DNA of 64,000 bases from an uncultured virus (IMG/VR IMGVR_UViG_3300021400_004213) (IMGVR_UViG_3300021400_004213), one strand, 5' to 3'. Positions 10,775 through 21,361 are shown, numbered from the stretch's first letter. Made by a program: numbers and translations. Notes: generated by a model from the letters alone, not told the origin.

Positions 10775-11031
10775 GAGCGGTAAACAGAAAACGACAGTTA
10801 CTGTCATCATCTGCTCACCGCTCGTAACTTCTCAGTCCGATGTCTTGATGTGACTTGCTATACTCTTTTTTTTCAAAAGATATACAGCTATGCTGGATTA
10901 TATAACATAATCCTTCGCGCCACAGACGTGTAGGTGCTGTATCCATCTTCGTAAAGCTACCACACTTTACGAATCCCGAAATGGACTTATCAGGTCTTAC
11001 GCTTTACACCGCCGTCTGCCATTCCATCGGA
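10775..11031 (-). promoter_or_regulatory. Structured 5' leader with terminator (riboswitch/attenuator-like)
   Basis: Multi-stem fold closed by TCCGATG/CATCGGA, then a long G.U-containing hairpin (10775-10823) with a U-rich tail before the adhesin RBS. Candidate promoter TTGATT-17-TAAAAT at 11097-11069. Confidence 0.55.
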
Positions 11032-11116
11032 TTTATACTCGTGAACCACAATATTCTATTGACACTACATTTTAACATGAAAAGTCTTAAAAATCAATAC
11101 ATCTTCCAATTATTCT

Positions 11117-13948
11117 TCAGTTCTGATCCTCTACATACCAGTAGATGTTCTCAGAAATTGGCATTCCGTTCTCGTTCGTGAACTCAATCTCAAACGTGAA
11201 TGTATCGTCCTTGTTTGCCTCGGTCACATCGGCGTTTTTCGTAACCTTCAAAACGCCTGGACGAGTTTTGTTATTAAACATTACGCCATCATCATCGTAG
11301 GTAACTTCCGCCGCTAATTTTGAATTGCCTGATGAAACAATCATATAATATCCATAATTTGCCATATCAGAATATGGACCATTTGGATAATATCCTTGCG
11401 ATGGTGAATATGCATAACTCTTATATAACACACTTAATGAATCGCCTTCAACATCAAATTCATCTACCAAATACTCTTGATCCTTCCCAGGCTGATAAGA
11501 ATACTGTCTCAATGCTGTCCTTGTATTAAAATCAGCACTATATGTCTGTGTATGCACTGCATCATGTGCACCCCGCCATATATAAAACTCACCACGAGGG
11601 TTCGTATACTTCACAGTCACATGTAACTTCTCAGCACCTGGAATCGTAAGCACATCAGTATAATACTGATTACTTACGTAATCGCCCTGCTTCTCACCAG
11701 CATCATTCAAATTATCAGTGTGTGAATACAACGTCGTTCCTTCGCTAAGCACATTTTCTTTCACAAGAACCCTAACTGTTTCTTCATGTGCATCATAATC
11801 CATACTATCATCATGAGGATCTATCTCACGAATAATATAAGTATGTTCTCCAAGTTCATCCCTTGTATATTCAATAGGGTCAAACTGGATGAAACCACCA
11901 TCAAGTACAGACTTTGTCTGTATCACATTACGGTTTTCATCAAGAAGTTCAAACGTATATGTTCCTTCCTTTGCAGGATGTCCATCTAACTTCTTTGTGC
12001 CTGTAAACTGTACCGTCACAATACCTGGCTGATACCTATTCCAGAATGTGGCTGCTGATTCTTCAAGAGCCTCGATCACGCCAGATGCATTTTCTTGCTG
12101 AACAAGCACCCATCCGTCAGGTGTAAGTTCATAGACTTGATATGACGTTCCTGCTGGAATGTCCTTAAATGTTGCCTTTTCACCAGCTTTAATCTGAAAC
12201 TCAAACTGACCTTCGTTCATTTGAACAGACGAATCACGTTTCTTCCAAACAGCTGTCAAAACAACATTTTCACTTGCATCATAAGTATTTGCAGGAATAA
12301 CACCACCATCAACATATGTATGACCTTTTCCATCGTCCCAATGATCAAACTCATACGTATAAGCAAAGAACTTATTATTTGGCAATACATAATCATTCCT
12401 AATAGGCAATGAAGTAACAGGACGCATAGCACCAGAACCATTTTCGCCAGCATCAAATGTAATATTATAACCTGGTGCATCCCATACCCATGTACCTGCC
12501 ATGCCATCTTGATAATTCGAAGCTAATACACTCGGTGCATACGGTCCATATTCACCATCGTTACGAATCCACATGCCTGTATATCGAACACCCTCATATT
12601 CCGTCGGAGGAACTGGTAAACAAGACGTATTATTATAATTACCTGATACCCAAGGGCCACCAGGACCTAATGTAACTTCTTGCAAAGAAGGACAATTCGT
12701 AAACAAATCATTCACAGAAGTGGCATTCACACAATTCACACCAGACATATTCAATGTTTTCAAAGAAGAACAATAATAAAACATCTCTGAAATATCCATG
12801 ACATTCGTTGTATCAATACCACGAACATCAAGATGCTTTAATTTTCCACAACCCGCAAACATCATGCGACATTGTTCCAAATTAGGTGTATTCCATGTAG
12901 ACATATCAACATCTTCTAATTGATTGCAATATGAGCAAAAACGAACAAGATTTACTATGCCATCTACTGTATCATCAGACCATGTCTCCAAACCAATAAT
13001 CCGTTTTAATTGAGACGAATAACCAAAAACTTCCTCAGCATTAGTCAGAGCAGGCATATCCCAATTTGATACATCAATTTCACGAACAGCGCTTGAATAA
13101 TTAAACATCTGTTTTATTGTAGTAACAGTATTTGAATGCCAACCTGGAATATATACATATGAACCCTTTGTATAATCACCATTTGTTTGCCTAAATGCAT
13201 TATCCAAAGACGTAACGCCATCTAAATTCCAATCAGCCGCATTTACAGTACCACCACCAAAAGCAAACATATAATATAAAGATGTCAATTTACCAAAAGA
13301 CCATCGAGGTATGTCCAAAACAGTCGTCCCTTTACGAGCATAAAACATATATATTACATTTTCCAAATTAGACCAATGCAAATCAGGCGCAATTAAATGC
13401 GCATTTCCTGAATGAAACCAACGATATGTATCTTTAACATTACTAACATTCCAACCTGTAATATTAATCACATCAATATCACAAGACTCAAACATTGCAC
13501 GCATGCTAGTAACAGATTCTACATTAAAGCTTTGCAGATCTAATTCACCAGCAATTTTACAACCGTAAAACATAGACGACATACTTGTGACATTGCTTGT
13601 GTCAAAACCAGATGCATCAAATGATACGAGATTTGATAAGCCATTAAACATGTTCTGAACGCCACCCGTACCACGAACAACACCATCAAATCGAACCGAT
13701 TTGATATCAGCCCTATAATCATACCAAGGCCAAGTATTACGCGTTGCGGCATCTGCCAAAACCTGCTCTGTTCCATCACCGATTATCAATTCATAATCAG
13801 ATGTAATGCGCCAATCTACACCATCGTATGTTCCAGACGCAATATCATCCGCTGCTTTTACCGTATGCGTCCCAAACAAGGCAAACAAACCAGCGCATAT
13901 CATAAATGCCAGCAACAAGCTTAATATACATTGTATTCCTTTCTTCAT
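11117..13948 (-). CDS. Secreted BspA/DUF285 LRR surface protein with Flg_new-like repeat and FctA-like domain
   Basis: Start MKKGIQ (GGAGGT RBS), signal peptide, 'FDTSNVTSMSSMF' repeats, 'YNITFDAG..LTAVW' repeat, 'GTKKLDGHPAKEGTYTFEL' FctA-like domain. No anchor. Confidence 0.85.
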   Translation of the reverse strand: MKKGIQCILSLLLAFMICAGLFALFGTHTVKAADDIASGTYDGVDWRITSDYELIIGDGTEQVLADAATRNTWPWYDYRADIKSVRFDGVVRGTGGVQNMFNGLSNLVSFDASGFDTSNVTSMSSMFYGCKIAGELDLQSFNVESVTSMRAMFESCDIDVINITGWNVSNVKDTYRWFHSGNAHLIAPDLHWSNLENVIYMFYARKGTTVLDIPRWSFGKLTSLYYMFAFGGGTVNAADWNLDGVTSLDNAFRQTNGDYTKGSYVYIPGWHSNTVTTIKQMFNYSSAVREIDVSNWDMPALTNAEEVFGYSSQLKRIIGLETWSDDTVDGIVNLVRFCSYCNQLEDVDMSTWNTPNLEQCRMMFAGCGKLKHLDVRGIDTTNVMDISEMFYYCSSLKTLNMSGVNCVNATSVNDLFTNCPSLQEVTLGPGGPWVSGNYNNTSCLPVPPTEYEGVRYTGMWIRNDGEYGPYAPSVLASNYQDGMAGTWVWDAPGYNITFDAGENGSGAMRPVTSLPIRNDYVLPNNKFFAYTYEFDHWDDGKGHTYVDGGVIPANTYDASENVVLTAVWKKRDSSVQMNEGQFEFQIKAGEKATFKDIPAGTSYQVYELTPDGWVLVQQENASGVIEALEESAATFWNRYQPGIVTVQFTGTKKLDGHPAKEGTYTFELLDENRNVIQTKSVLDGGFIQFDPIEYTRDELGEHTYIIREIDPHDDSMDYDAHEETVRVLVKENVLSEGTTLYSHTDNLNDAGEKQGDYVSNQYYTDVLTIPGAEKLHVTVKYTNPRGEFYIWRGAHDAVHTQTYSADFNTRTALRQYSYQPGKDQEYLVDEFDVEGDSLSVLYKSYAYSPSQGYYPNGPYSDMANYGYYMIVSSGNSKLAAEVTYDDDGVMFNNKTRPGVLKVTKNADVTEANKDDTFTFEIEFTNENGMPISENIYWYVEDQN

Positions 13949-14351
13949 ATTGAAACACCTCCATAAGCCTTTCATTCTTGTTTGTCCTATCAGATTAACG
14001 CCCTATAACTATTGACGCTTAACTATTCATAGTAAACATGCTCAACCTAAGCATAACCGAAAATGACTGATTTTTCAAGATATATTTCATATATTTCGAC
14101 ATTATCATCAAAAATCTTGATAACTAATTATCTATTTATTTCTACAACATATATAACATATATAACCACATTCTCTACACAATATATAAATTCGTGAAAG
14201 TTCTACAACTACTACACCTCTAAAAGCGAGGAGGTGATAATACATGCCTCTCTCACTTTCACGAGCGTGAGACAGAAACAATTGGCGTGAGATGAACATC
14301 TACTCGTCATTCACCACCATTTAAACTATAAAATGAGGTAATTACACTGAT

Positions 14352-14801
14352 ATGAAACATAGTAAAAAATCAAAAACTATGGCCATTATAACATTATTAA
14401 TAATAGCTATCGCTACAACACCATTAAAAACGCAGGCTAAAGAAGAGCCTGCTATGGATGCTGAATCTATTCAGATGATAAATATGATAAACACAGAAAG
14501 AGCCTCTCTTGGATTATCACAACTCCAAATTGACCCTATATTATATAATTACACAATAATCAGAGCTGCAGAAAGTACTCAAGTCTTTTCCCATACTCGG
14601 CCAGACGGAAGTCCATATTATTCTATAAATCCAAATTTAATTTGGGGCGAATTACTCGCATATGGATACGGCTCGGCGGATATGTCATTTAACGCCTTAA
14701 AGAATGATCCACCACATTACTACGTAATGACAAATCCGAACTTTAATAAAATTGGTGTTTATCATATTGACGATCACTACGCCATTTTATTAGGCTTCTA
14801 A
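14352..14801 (+). CDS. Secreted CAP/SCP-domain protein
   Basis: Signal peptide and 'INTERASLGL', 'FSHTRPDGS', 'HYYVMTNPNFNKIGV' motifs. Followed by a terminator at 14830-14860. Confidence 0.8.
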   Translation: MKHSKKSKTMAIITLLIIAIATTPLKTQAKEEPAMDAESIQMINMINTERASLGLSQLQIDPILYNYTIIRAAESTQVFSHTRPDGSPYYSINPNLIWGELLAYGYGSADMSFNALKNDPPHYYVMTNPNFNKIGVYHIDDHYAILLGF

Positions 14802-15041
14802 AAAAAAAAATAACGAAAACTACAAAGACGCAACCTCAATTCACCGAGGTTGCTTCTTTTTTGCCATACCCAATAATTTACAATTAATACTACAAAACAA
14901 TTTATTTTTCGATATAATAAAAACACACAAAACAAAAAAACCTTATCTATACTAAAATTACACATCTACAACGAGAGTAATCACACATCATAACATTCTA
15001 TACGTTGTAGATGTTATATACTTACACTTGGAGGGAATTTC

Positions 15042-16280
15042 ATGATCTCATTTGACATTCTAAAAAAGAATGATCCAGAATTGTACGGTTACATGGAGGC
15101 AGAACTCAATCGCCAACGCAATACGATTGAACTTATCGCTTCTGAGAACTTTGTCAGTCCTACCGTATTGCAAGCAATGGGTAGTCACCTGACAAACAAA
15201 TATGCTGAAGGCTATCCTGGAAAGCGATATTACGGTGGCTGCGCGAATGTCGATATGATCGAAGACCTCGCCAGAAATAGGCTGAAAGCCTTATTCGGTG
15301 CAGATCACGCAAACGTCCAACCCCATTCAGGCGCACAAGCCAACATGGCTGTGTATTTCGCCCTGCTCAATCCAGGTGATACAGTCGTCGGCATGAATCT
15401 CGCCCACGGCGGACACCTGACACATGGTTCGCCTGTCAACATGAGCGGCAAATACTTCAATTTCGTACCTTATGGCGTTTCTACAGAAACGGAACAGATT
15501 GACTACGATGCTCTCGCAGATCTTGTCAAAACTGTTCATCCGAAATTAATTGTGGCAGGCGCATCTGCCTACCCACGTATCATTGATTTCGAGCGAATCG
15601 GGCAAATTGCCAAAGACAATAATACCTTGCTCATGGTCGATATGGCACATATCGCAGGACTTGTTGCAGCAGGCTTGCACCCAAGTCCCATTCCATACGC
15701 AGATGTTGTGACAAGCACAACTCACAAAACGCTTCGTGGACCTCGCGGCGGCATTATTCTTTGTAAAGAGCAATTTGCAAAGGCTATCGACAAAGCCGTT
15801 TTTCCTGGCACACAAGGTGGACCACTCATGCACGTCATTGCTGGCAAAGCAGCTTGCTTTGGCGAAGCCTTAAAACCCGAATTCGTCGAATATCAAAAGC
15901 AAATCCTTGCTAACGCAAAAGCTCTCGCCGAGACTTTGCAAAAGCGAAATCTCAGACTCGTATCTGGAGGAACCGACAATCATCTTATGCTTGTCGATCT
16001 GACTGAAACAGGACACACGGGAAAAGAAGTGGAAACATGGCTTGATGAAGCCAATATCACAGTAAATAAAAACACCATTCCAAACGAAACCAAAAGCCCG
16101 TTCATCACAAGCGGCATTCGTATTGGGACATCTGCTGTGACATCACGTGGTTTCACCGAAGAAGACATGTTTGTCATCGGCAATCTTATCGCCGACATCG
16201 CACATCATGGCGAAACGGCAATTCCCTGTGCGAAGAATATCGTTCAGAGATTGGTTAAAGACCATCCTCTGTACGAATAA
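15042..16280 (+). CDS. glyA: Serine hydroxymethyltransferase
   Basis: [28 protein letters not shown] and [12 protein letters not shown] (PLP lysine) motifs. Confidence 0.97.
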   Translation: MISFDILKKNDPELYGYMEAELNRQRNTIELIASENFVSPTVLQAMGSHLTNKYAEGYPGKRYYGGCANVDMIEDLARNRLKALFGADHANVQPHSGAQANMAVYFALLNPGDTVVGMNLAHGGHLTHGSPVNMSGKYFNFVPYGVSTETEQIDYDALADLVKTVHPKLIVAGASAYPRIIDFERIGQIAKDNNTLLMVDMAHIAGLVAAGLHPSPIPYADVVTSTTHKTLRGPRGGIILCKEQFAKAIDKAVFPGTQGGPLMHVIAGKAACFGEALKPEFVEYQKQILANAKALAETLQKRNLRLVSGGTDNHLMLVDLTETGHTGKEVETWLDEANITVNKNTIPNETKSPFITSGIRIGTSAVTSRGFTEEDMFVIGNLIADIAHHGETAIPCAKNIVQRLVKDHPLYE

Positions 16281-16361
16281 TTACTTATCGTAAATTCACA
16301 AACGAAAAGGACGTCACAAAATGGCGTCCTTTTCCCATACACGCAGAAAGGACACAATCTC

Positions 16362-16625
16362 ATGCCTACGCTTGCCGACAAAGAACTTGCAGATGAAATC
16401 TTCAAGATGACCAACGAAAAGACAAAAGCTGAACTTATCAATTTCATTGAAAAACAGACAGTAATCATCAAACAACTCCGTAGTTTAGATGAACCCGAAG
16501 AAGTAGAAGATTCCTATCTTCTTGGAGTTTGTCCTGCTTGTTCCAAAATAACCAATCAAATTGAATCACCATATCGTTGTCGCTATTGCGGAAAATCTTT
16601 AATTTGGAAAGGAGACAAATCATGA
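16362..16625 (+). CDS. Small phage-type Zn-ribbon protein
   Basis: CPAC...CRYCG motifs; RBS present. Confidence 0.7.
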   Translation: MPTLADKELADEIFKMTNEKTKAELINFIEKQTVIIKQLRSLDEPEEVEDSYLLGVCPACSKITNQIESPYRCRYCGKSLIWKGDKS

Positions 16626-17125
16626 AATACACAATCTCAGCCACTGAACACGACGGCTTTGATACTCGCACAATGAGCATCGAACTTGAAGTCTTCAAAG
16701 AAGACATCGACGTTCTTGATGCCATCAAAGAAGCCTGCCGTGAATATACAACCACAGAAAACGGTCTTAAGACCTATATTGGAAACTGTGATTGTTTCAA
16801 CTGGGCAGACTTTGACATGTACGTACCCAATGAAATCTGCGAAAAATACGGTTTTCGCAAGATTAAGTCAGATGTTAGCAACATCGACGTAAATTGGGAC
16901 GAACAGCTCGTCGACGACCCTGCATTCCTTGTTACCAATATTGATTGGGACACTGACGGAAAAGAGGTCGAAGACCTTCCTGAAGATTACTACGTTCTTC
17001 TCTCCGAACTTCTCTATGATGATGAAGAGCTTGGCGACGTTAACGTAGAAGAACTGAAGGATCGCGTTGCCGATTATCTTTCAGATAAATTCGGCTGGTG
17101 CATTAATGGTTTGGTCATCAATTGA
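16622..17125 (+). CDS. Acidic hypothetical protein
   Basis: AAGGAG RBS before MKYTIS; ATGA overlap with the upstream gene. Confidence 0.7.
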   Translation: MKYTISATEHDGFDTRTMSIELEVFKEDIDVLDAIKEACREYTTTENGLKTYIGNCDCFNWADFDMYVPNEICEKYGFRKIKSDVSNIDVNWDEQLVDDPAFLVTNIDWDTDGKEVEDLPEDYYVLLSELLYDDEELGDVNVEELKDRVADYLSDKFGWCINGLVIN

Positions 17126-17164
17126 CCAAACTAAAAGAAAACGTTATCGTAAAGGAGAAACCTA

Positions 17165-17593
17165 ATGGGCCTCACCATTTACTCAAAGAATTTAAGTAAT
17201 GACCTCGGTTCTGGCGGTTTCTACCGCCTACGCAAAACAATTGCAGGACTCTGTCCTGACGAAATCAAAAAGCACTACATGCTTCTTGCCGATCATTACT
17301 ATAATATCCAAATCAAAGATCCTGGATTCAAAAAATACGATGCCGAAACAGAACGAATTTATCAAAAATATCGGTCTAAATACGGCAAAGTCATTGACTT
17401 CCTCTGGGCACCTGATTTGGATTACGAACTCACATACGGCACAGCAGGTCAACTTCTCCGACTTATCGGAGACTATGATGACTCTATCATCTATGGTTAT
17501 GCTGGCTGGGGTGATAAAGCCATGCGTTTTCACCATTTCAAAGAAATTTTGGCTGATGCATATCAGACCAAATCAAAATGGGGATGGCGTTAA
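17165..17593 (+). CDS. Hypothetical protein
   Basis: AAGGAG RBS, 142 aa. Confidence 0.7.
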   Translation: MGLTIYSKNLSNDLGSGGFYRLRKTIAGLCPDEIKKHYMLLADHYYNIQIKDPGFKKYDAETERIYQKYRSKYGKVIDFLWAPDLDYELTYGTAGQLLRLIGDYDDSIIYGYAGWGDKAMRFHHFKEILADAYQTKSKWGWR

Positions 17594-17641
17594 AACAACA
17601 CATTCAAACGTCCCAACAAATAATGAAAGGAGCCGAAGGCA

Positions 17642-17947
17642 GTGACAACTAAAGTCGTAAAAGCCATTCAAGTGACGAATCAGTCACTTTCCATAGACAT
17701 CTTCAATGATTTATGTGACGAATTGTCATGCCTTCGACATCACTGTCACGATTATAGAATATGGCACGATTTTGATCCTGCCATTCACAATCGTTATTGG
17801 CAATCAACCACATATCTCGATTCCGAGACAACATTGATTGATGCCACCTATGAAGCCGTGTCTAACACAACTAAAACGTTCTGCAAACAACACGACTTCC
17901 CAGAAACATCTGTACTGATTGAAATCAAGACCTATGATCTTGATTAA
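17642..17947 (+). CDS. Hypothetical protein
   Basis: AAGGAG RBS, GTG start. Confidence 0.55.
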   Translation: MTTKVVKAIQVTNQSLSIDIFNDLCDELSCLRHHCHDYRIWHDFDPAIHNRYWQSTTYLDSETTLIDATYEAVSNTTKTFCKQHDFPETSVLIEIKTYDLD

Positions 17948-17974
17948 CAACCATCTCAATCGAAAGGAGATATC

Positions 17975-18559
17975 ATGATCCAGACACTCTATCCACCGTT
18001 TCGCCATTGGAGCGAAACTGGCACTATTTGGATTTATTCCGATCCGCATTTCTCTGACGAGGATATGCCGCCATGGTCTAAACGCCCCAGCGACGACGAA
18101 CAGGTTGCTTCCATCAACAAATTCGTCGGTCGGAAAGATACGCTTATCATTCTTGGCGATATCGGAAACCTTGAAGTCGCAAAGCGCCTTCGCGGATATA
18201 AAGTCCTCTTGTGTGGAAACCACGACAAAGGAGGTACTATCTATGAAACCATCTTCAATGAGGTTTATACAGGACCTCTCATGATTTCTGACAAAATCCT
18301 TTTGTCTCATGAGCCTGTCGATGTGCCTTGGGCATTCAACATTCACGGACATGATCACAACGGCACTTCGTTTGTTGATAATCACCACCTCAATGTCTGT
18401 AGTGATGTTATCGGCTACAAACCGCTCAACTTTAATCAGTTTATCAAGAGCGGAGCCCTTGCTAAAGTAACTTCCATTCATCGCCTCACGATTGATAAAC
18501 AGACCAAAAAGGCCAAAGACAGAAAGACAAAAGGACTTTCCAAATGGGAAAAGTCCTAA
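17975..18559 (+). CDS. Calcineurin-like metallophosphoesterase (phage type)
   Basis: SDPHF, LGD, GNHD, SHEP and HGHDH motifs. Confidence 0.85.
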   Translation: MIQTLYPPFRHWSETGTIWIYSDPHFSDEDMPPWSKRPSDDEQVASINKFVGRKDTLIILGDIGNLEVAKRLRGYKVLLCGNHDKGGTIYETIFNEVYTGPLMISDKILLSHEPVDVPWAFNIHGHDHNGTSFVDNHHLNVCSDVIGYKPLNFNQFIKSGALAKVTSIHRLTIDKQTKKAKDRKTKGLSKWEKS

Positions 18560-18707
18560 CCATAAATAGTTGGGACAAGTCATAGAACCGTCCATAAATG
18601 AAACGAGTTCACCTAAAAAAGACTTGTCCCAATCTATTTACTATGTTATAATGCTCATCCAGATAACTCGAAAACTGAACAACTTTAATGCATAAAGGAG
18701 GAAACTC

Positions 18708-19130
18708 ATGACCGAAGAACGGTTGAAACCCGTCAAATATGACGAGAACCTTTCAGAATTCGACTTAAATCTCACAGCACCTTGCGATGACCGTTTAATG
18801 ACTAAACTGACCCTCGACGACTATGACTGGATGACCTATACCTTCGAAACATGGCTTCCAACAAAAACACAAGGAATGCTATATGTCAAAGTCGAATATG
18901 TTGGAACGACATCATCCATAATGATTGTCAACCAAGATAAAAATAACACTAATTCTGTTGTTCATAAAATCACATTCGACACAGAATTATTCAAGGATTT
19001 CATTAAAGACTATCTGACAAAGCATATGGCGCAATGGGATTCCACATATGCTTTCTGCGGAGAAGAAGAAGCCGTTAACTTTTTCAATACGATAATCGAA
19101 AATCATACCGATTATATTATCGAAGAATAA
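18708..19130 (+). CDS. Hypothetical protein
   Basis: AAGGAGG RBS; TGnTATAAT promoter at about 18644-18652. Confidence 0.7.
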   Translation: MTEERLKPVKYDENLSEFDLNLTAPCDDRLMTKLTLDDYDWMTYTFETWLPTKTQGMLYVKVEYVGTTSSIMIVNQDKNNTNSVVHKITFDTELFKDFIKDYLTKHMAQWDSTYAFCGEEEAVNFFNTIIENHTDYIIEE

Positions 19131-19580
19131 AACAAAAAGAAAACGACATACATGACTTATACAGAAGGCACGCCTAATAGCGCGCCGAGATAAAAAATAG
19201 GACCTGCACAGGTACCACAGTCATGATATTGTCTCCTTACGTGATATAAATAGTGCTCAGACGAAAGCCTGGGCACTATTTGTTTTTTACCATCGAGTGC
19301 AAAATTAAGGGTCTGCACTCTTTAAGAAACGAATAATTTACTCTGTCTACACAGAACAAAATACTACGGGAGAAAAGGTGAAGGCTATGAGAACCTCCTT
19401 TCTAAATTGACGTAACTAACCTACCACCACCTCCTTAGAACGCTCTGTCTATGACGGAGCGTTCTTCTTTTTTATTTCATATATCAATACAAAGTATCAA
19501 AAAGGGCTGGACTTTCCCTTTATAACAATATATAATATAAAAAGAAAAATATTTTAGGCCAAAAGAAAGGAGTTTATCTC

Positions 19581-20012
19581 ATGCCACCTATTGTCTTCTA
19601 TATAGGAATTGGAGGTATTTCATTCCTCTTAATTGCTTACGCAGTAATGGAATTGGCAAGGCCGTGGCCCACCCATTCCAAAGAACGTGCTAAGAAAAAG
19701 CACGATGAAAAAGTCGCAAAGCGACACGCTGAACGCGATGAAATCCTTGAAGAGGCTATTGAAGCCGACAAGATGTATCAGAAACTGACATCTGACGAAA
19801 ACTTCGAACAAGCCTTTGAAAGTGAAGATCCAACGTCAACTGAAGAAGAAATTGACGAAACGGAAGATACTGAAACTATCAGCAGACCAAATACAGATAG
19901 CAAACCTATTGAAGTATTAAACGATTCCGACATTTCGATCGAAGACGCACCTGTCGATGAAGAACTGCACGAGGAGGATACACTGGAGGTGTCCAAGAAT
20001 GATGAAGAATAA
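19581..20012 (+). CDS. Membrane-anchored protein with acidic tail
   Basis: N-terminal TM segment; AAGGAG RBS. Confidence 0.7.
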   Translation: MPPIVFYIGIGGISFLLIAYAVMELARPWPTHSKERAKKKHDEKVAKRHAERDEILEEAIEADKMYQKLTSDENFEQAFESEDPTSTEEEIDETEDTETISRPNTDSKPIEVLNDSDISIEDAPVDEELHEEDTLEVSKNDEE

Positions 20013-20400
20013 AAAATTATCTATCATTCTTACTATTGCAGCTTTTGCATTGTGTATCGGATCAATGATCCTGATCACAGCTAATGCTTTTGCCTCATCA
20101 CCCAAAACTGCTGAGGAAATCACCGACGGAAGATGCAACGACGTTTATGGATATGAAGAATTTGGCGATTTTATTTCCACCGACATGATGGATAAAATCC
20201 TGCCGACTCATCTCTCAAAATACATTTACGTTGAGATGCCGTATGGCGGATGTATGGCCAAACGAAATCCTATTTCTGCCGTTGATGAAAAAGGGGACAT
20301 CCTGTATCAAATGAAGGTTATACAGCCCCATGTTATTTACGTCAATATAGATGGCCGCTGCACAGCATATCGCGTCATCGAAAATAACACAACAAAATAA
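19999..20400 (+). CDS. Secreted or membrane hypothetical protein
   Basis: GGAGGT RBS before MMKNKK; hydrophobic signal segment. Confidence 0.65.
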   Translation: MMKNKKLSIILTIAAFALCIGSMILITANAFASSPKTAEEITDGRCNDVYGYEEFGDFISTDMMDKILPTHLSKYIYVEMPYGGCMAKRNPISAVDEKGDILYQMKVIQPHVIYVNIDGRCTAYRVIENNTTK

Positions 20401-20423
20401 TCACCACGAAAGGAAAGTCCATT

Positions 20424-20663
20424 ATGCCCAACATGAATTATGAAGAAGTCCAATTCACCGTTGAGCAGGAACTCGGAACCCTGCCTTCAAAAGGTCGCTG
20501 GAAGAAAAAAGTCCGTTTCATCAAATGGGGAGACAGACAAACTGAAGCAAAGCTGGACATTCGACCATGGAGTAACGATGATTCCCAGTGGGGAAAAGGT
20601 CTTACTTTCACCAGAGACGAGCTTATTGAGCTGAAAAAAATCCTGGATAGTGTCGAACTATAA
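20424..20663 (+). CDS. PC4/YdbC-family ssDNA-binding protein
   Basis: 'LGTL...W.K.V..I.W...KLDIRPW...WGKGLTFT.DEL..LK' pattern. Confidence 0.85.
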   Translation: MPNMNYEEVQFTVEQELGTLPSKGRWKKKVRFIKWGDRQTEAKLDIRPWSNDDSQWGKGLTFTRDELIELKKILDSVEL

Positions 20664-20807
20664 CAAATAAAACAATATATAATATAAAAAAACTCGCAGC
20701 CCTGATGACAAGTCATTGGGGCTGCTCGTTTTCTTTGTTATATTTCAAAACGGTAAAAACGATAAAACAAATCATTGAAAAACTCCTTAAGACAAAAAAA
20801 CACAAGT

Positions 20808-20884
20808 GTTTGTAGAGCGTTCCGCTCTGGAGTGCGAACAACGGTTCGCTTGCGAGTGTTAATATGAAGAAAATAAAATTCTTC
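20808..20884 (+). promoter_or_regulatory. Conserved structured leader, motif A copy 1
   Basis: Three hairpins and conserved linkers shared with 30959-31033. Confidence 0.6.
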
Positions 20885-20927
20885 GATAACTCATACTTCG
20901 TATTCAAACAGAAAGGACTTAACTAAA

Positions 20928-21128
20928 ATGATGAACAGATTTTCCGCTGCTACCGTAGCTGCCAAGATTACTGGCGTTGACAAGAACGAGATCCTGAAGA
21001 ACTGGAGAAAGGGTGCTGCTCCGAGCGGCAAGACCCTCAATGCCATTATCGTGGCAAACCAGCTGCTCAAGGGAACGTTCCACAAGAGCGCTGAGCCTGC
21101 GACCGAAGAAGACGTCGTAGAAGGCTAA
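20928..21128 (+). CDS. Small protein, paralog of 31074-31271
   Basis: RBS, own terminator (21140-21175), alignable with the 65-aa ORF. Confidence 0.75.
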   Translation: MMNRFSAATVAAKITGVDKNEILKNWRKGAAPSGKTLNAIIVANQLLKGTFHKSAEPATEEDVVEG

Positions 21129-21361
21129 CAAAGCTTTCAAGGGTACTCTCATACGAGAGTGCCCTCTTTTTTTTCTTTTCCTAAAACAAAACACTATAAC
21201 AATATTTGTAAAACAATCACTTAAAACAAAAAATAAAACAAAAGTGTGAGGCGACCTGTCACTCATAACAGGTCTTACGAGAGTAATTTCGAAAAATTAC
21301 AGCCGTCCATGGCTGATTAAAATAAATATTTTAAAAATTTCAATTAAGAAAGGAGGGCATC

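Noticed and set aside
11005..11031. GGAATGGCAGACG on the minus strand, resembling a tRNA-Leu D-loop
   Set aside because: No T-arm (GTTCRA) or acceptor stem; it is part of a larger leader fold.
14962..15013. Hairpin upstream of glyA as a THF or ZTP riboswitch
   Set aside because: Only a single ACATCTACAACG/CGTTGTAGATGT stem; the conserved aptamer cores were not recognised.
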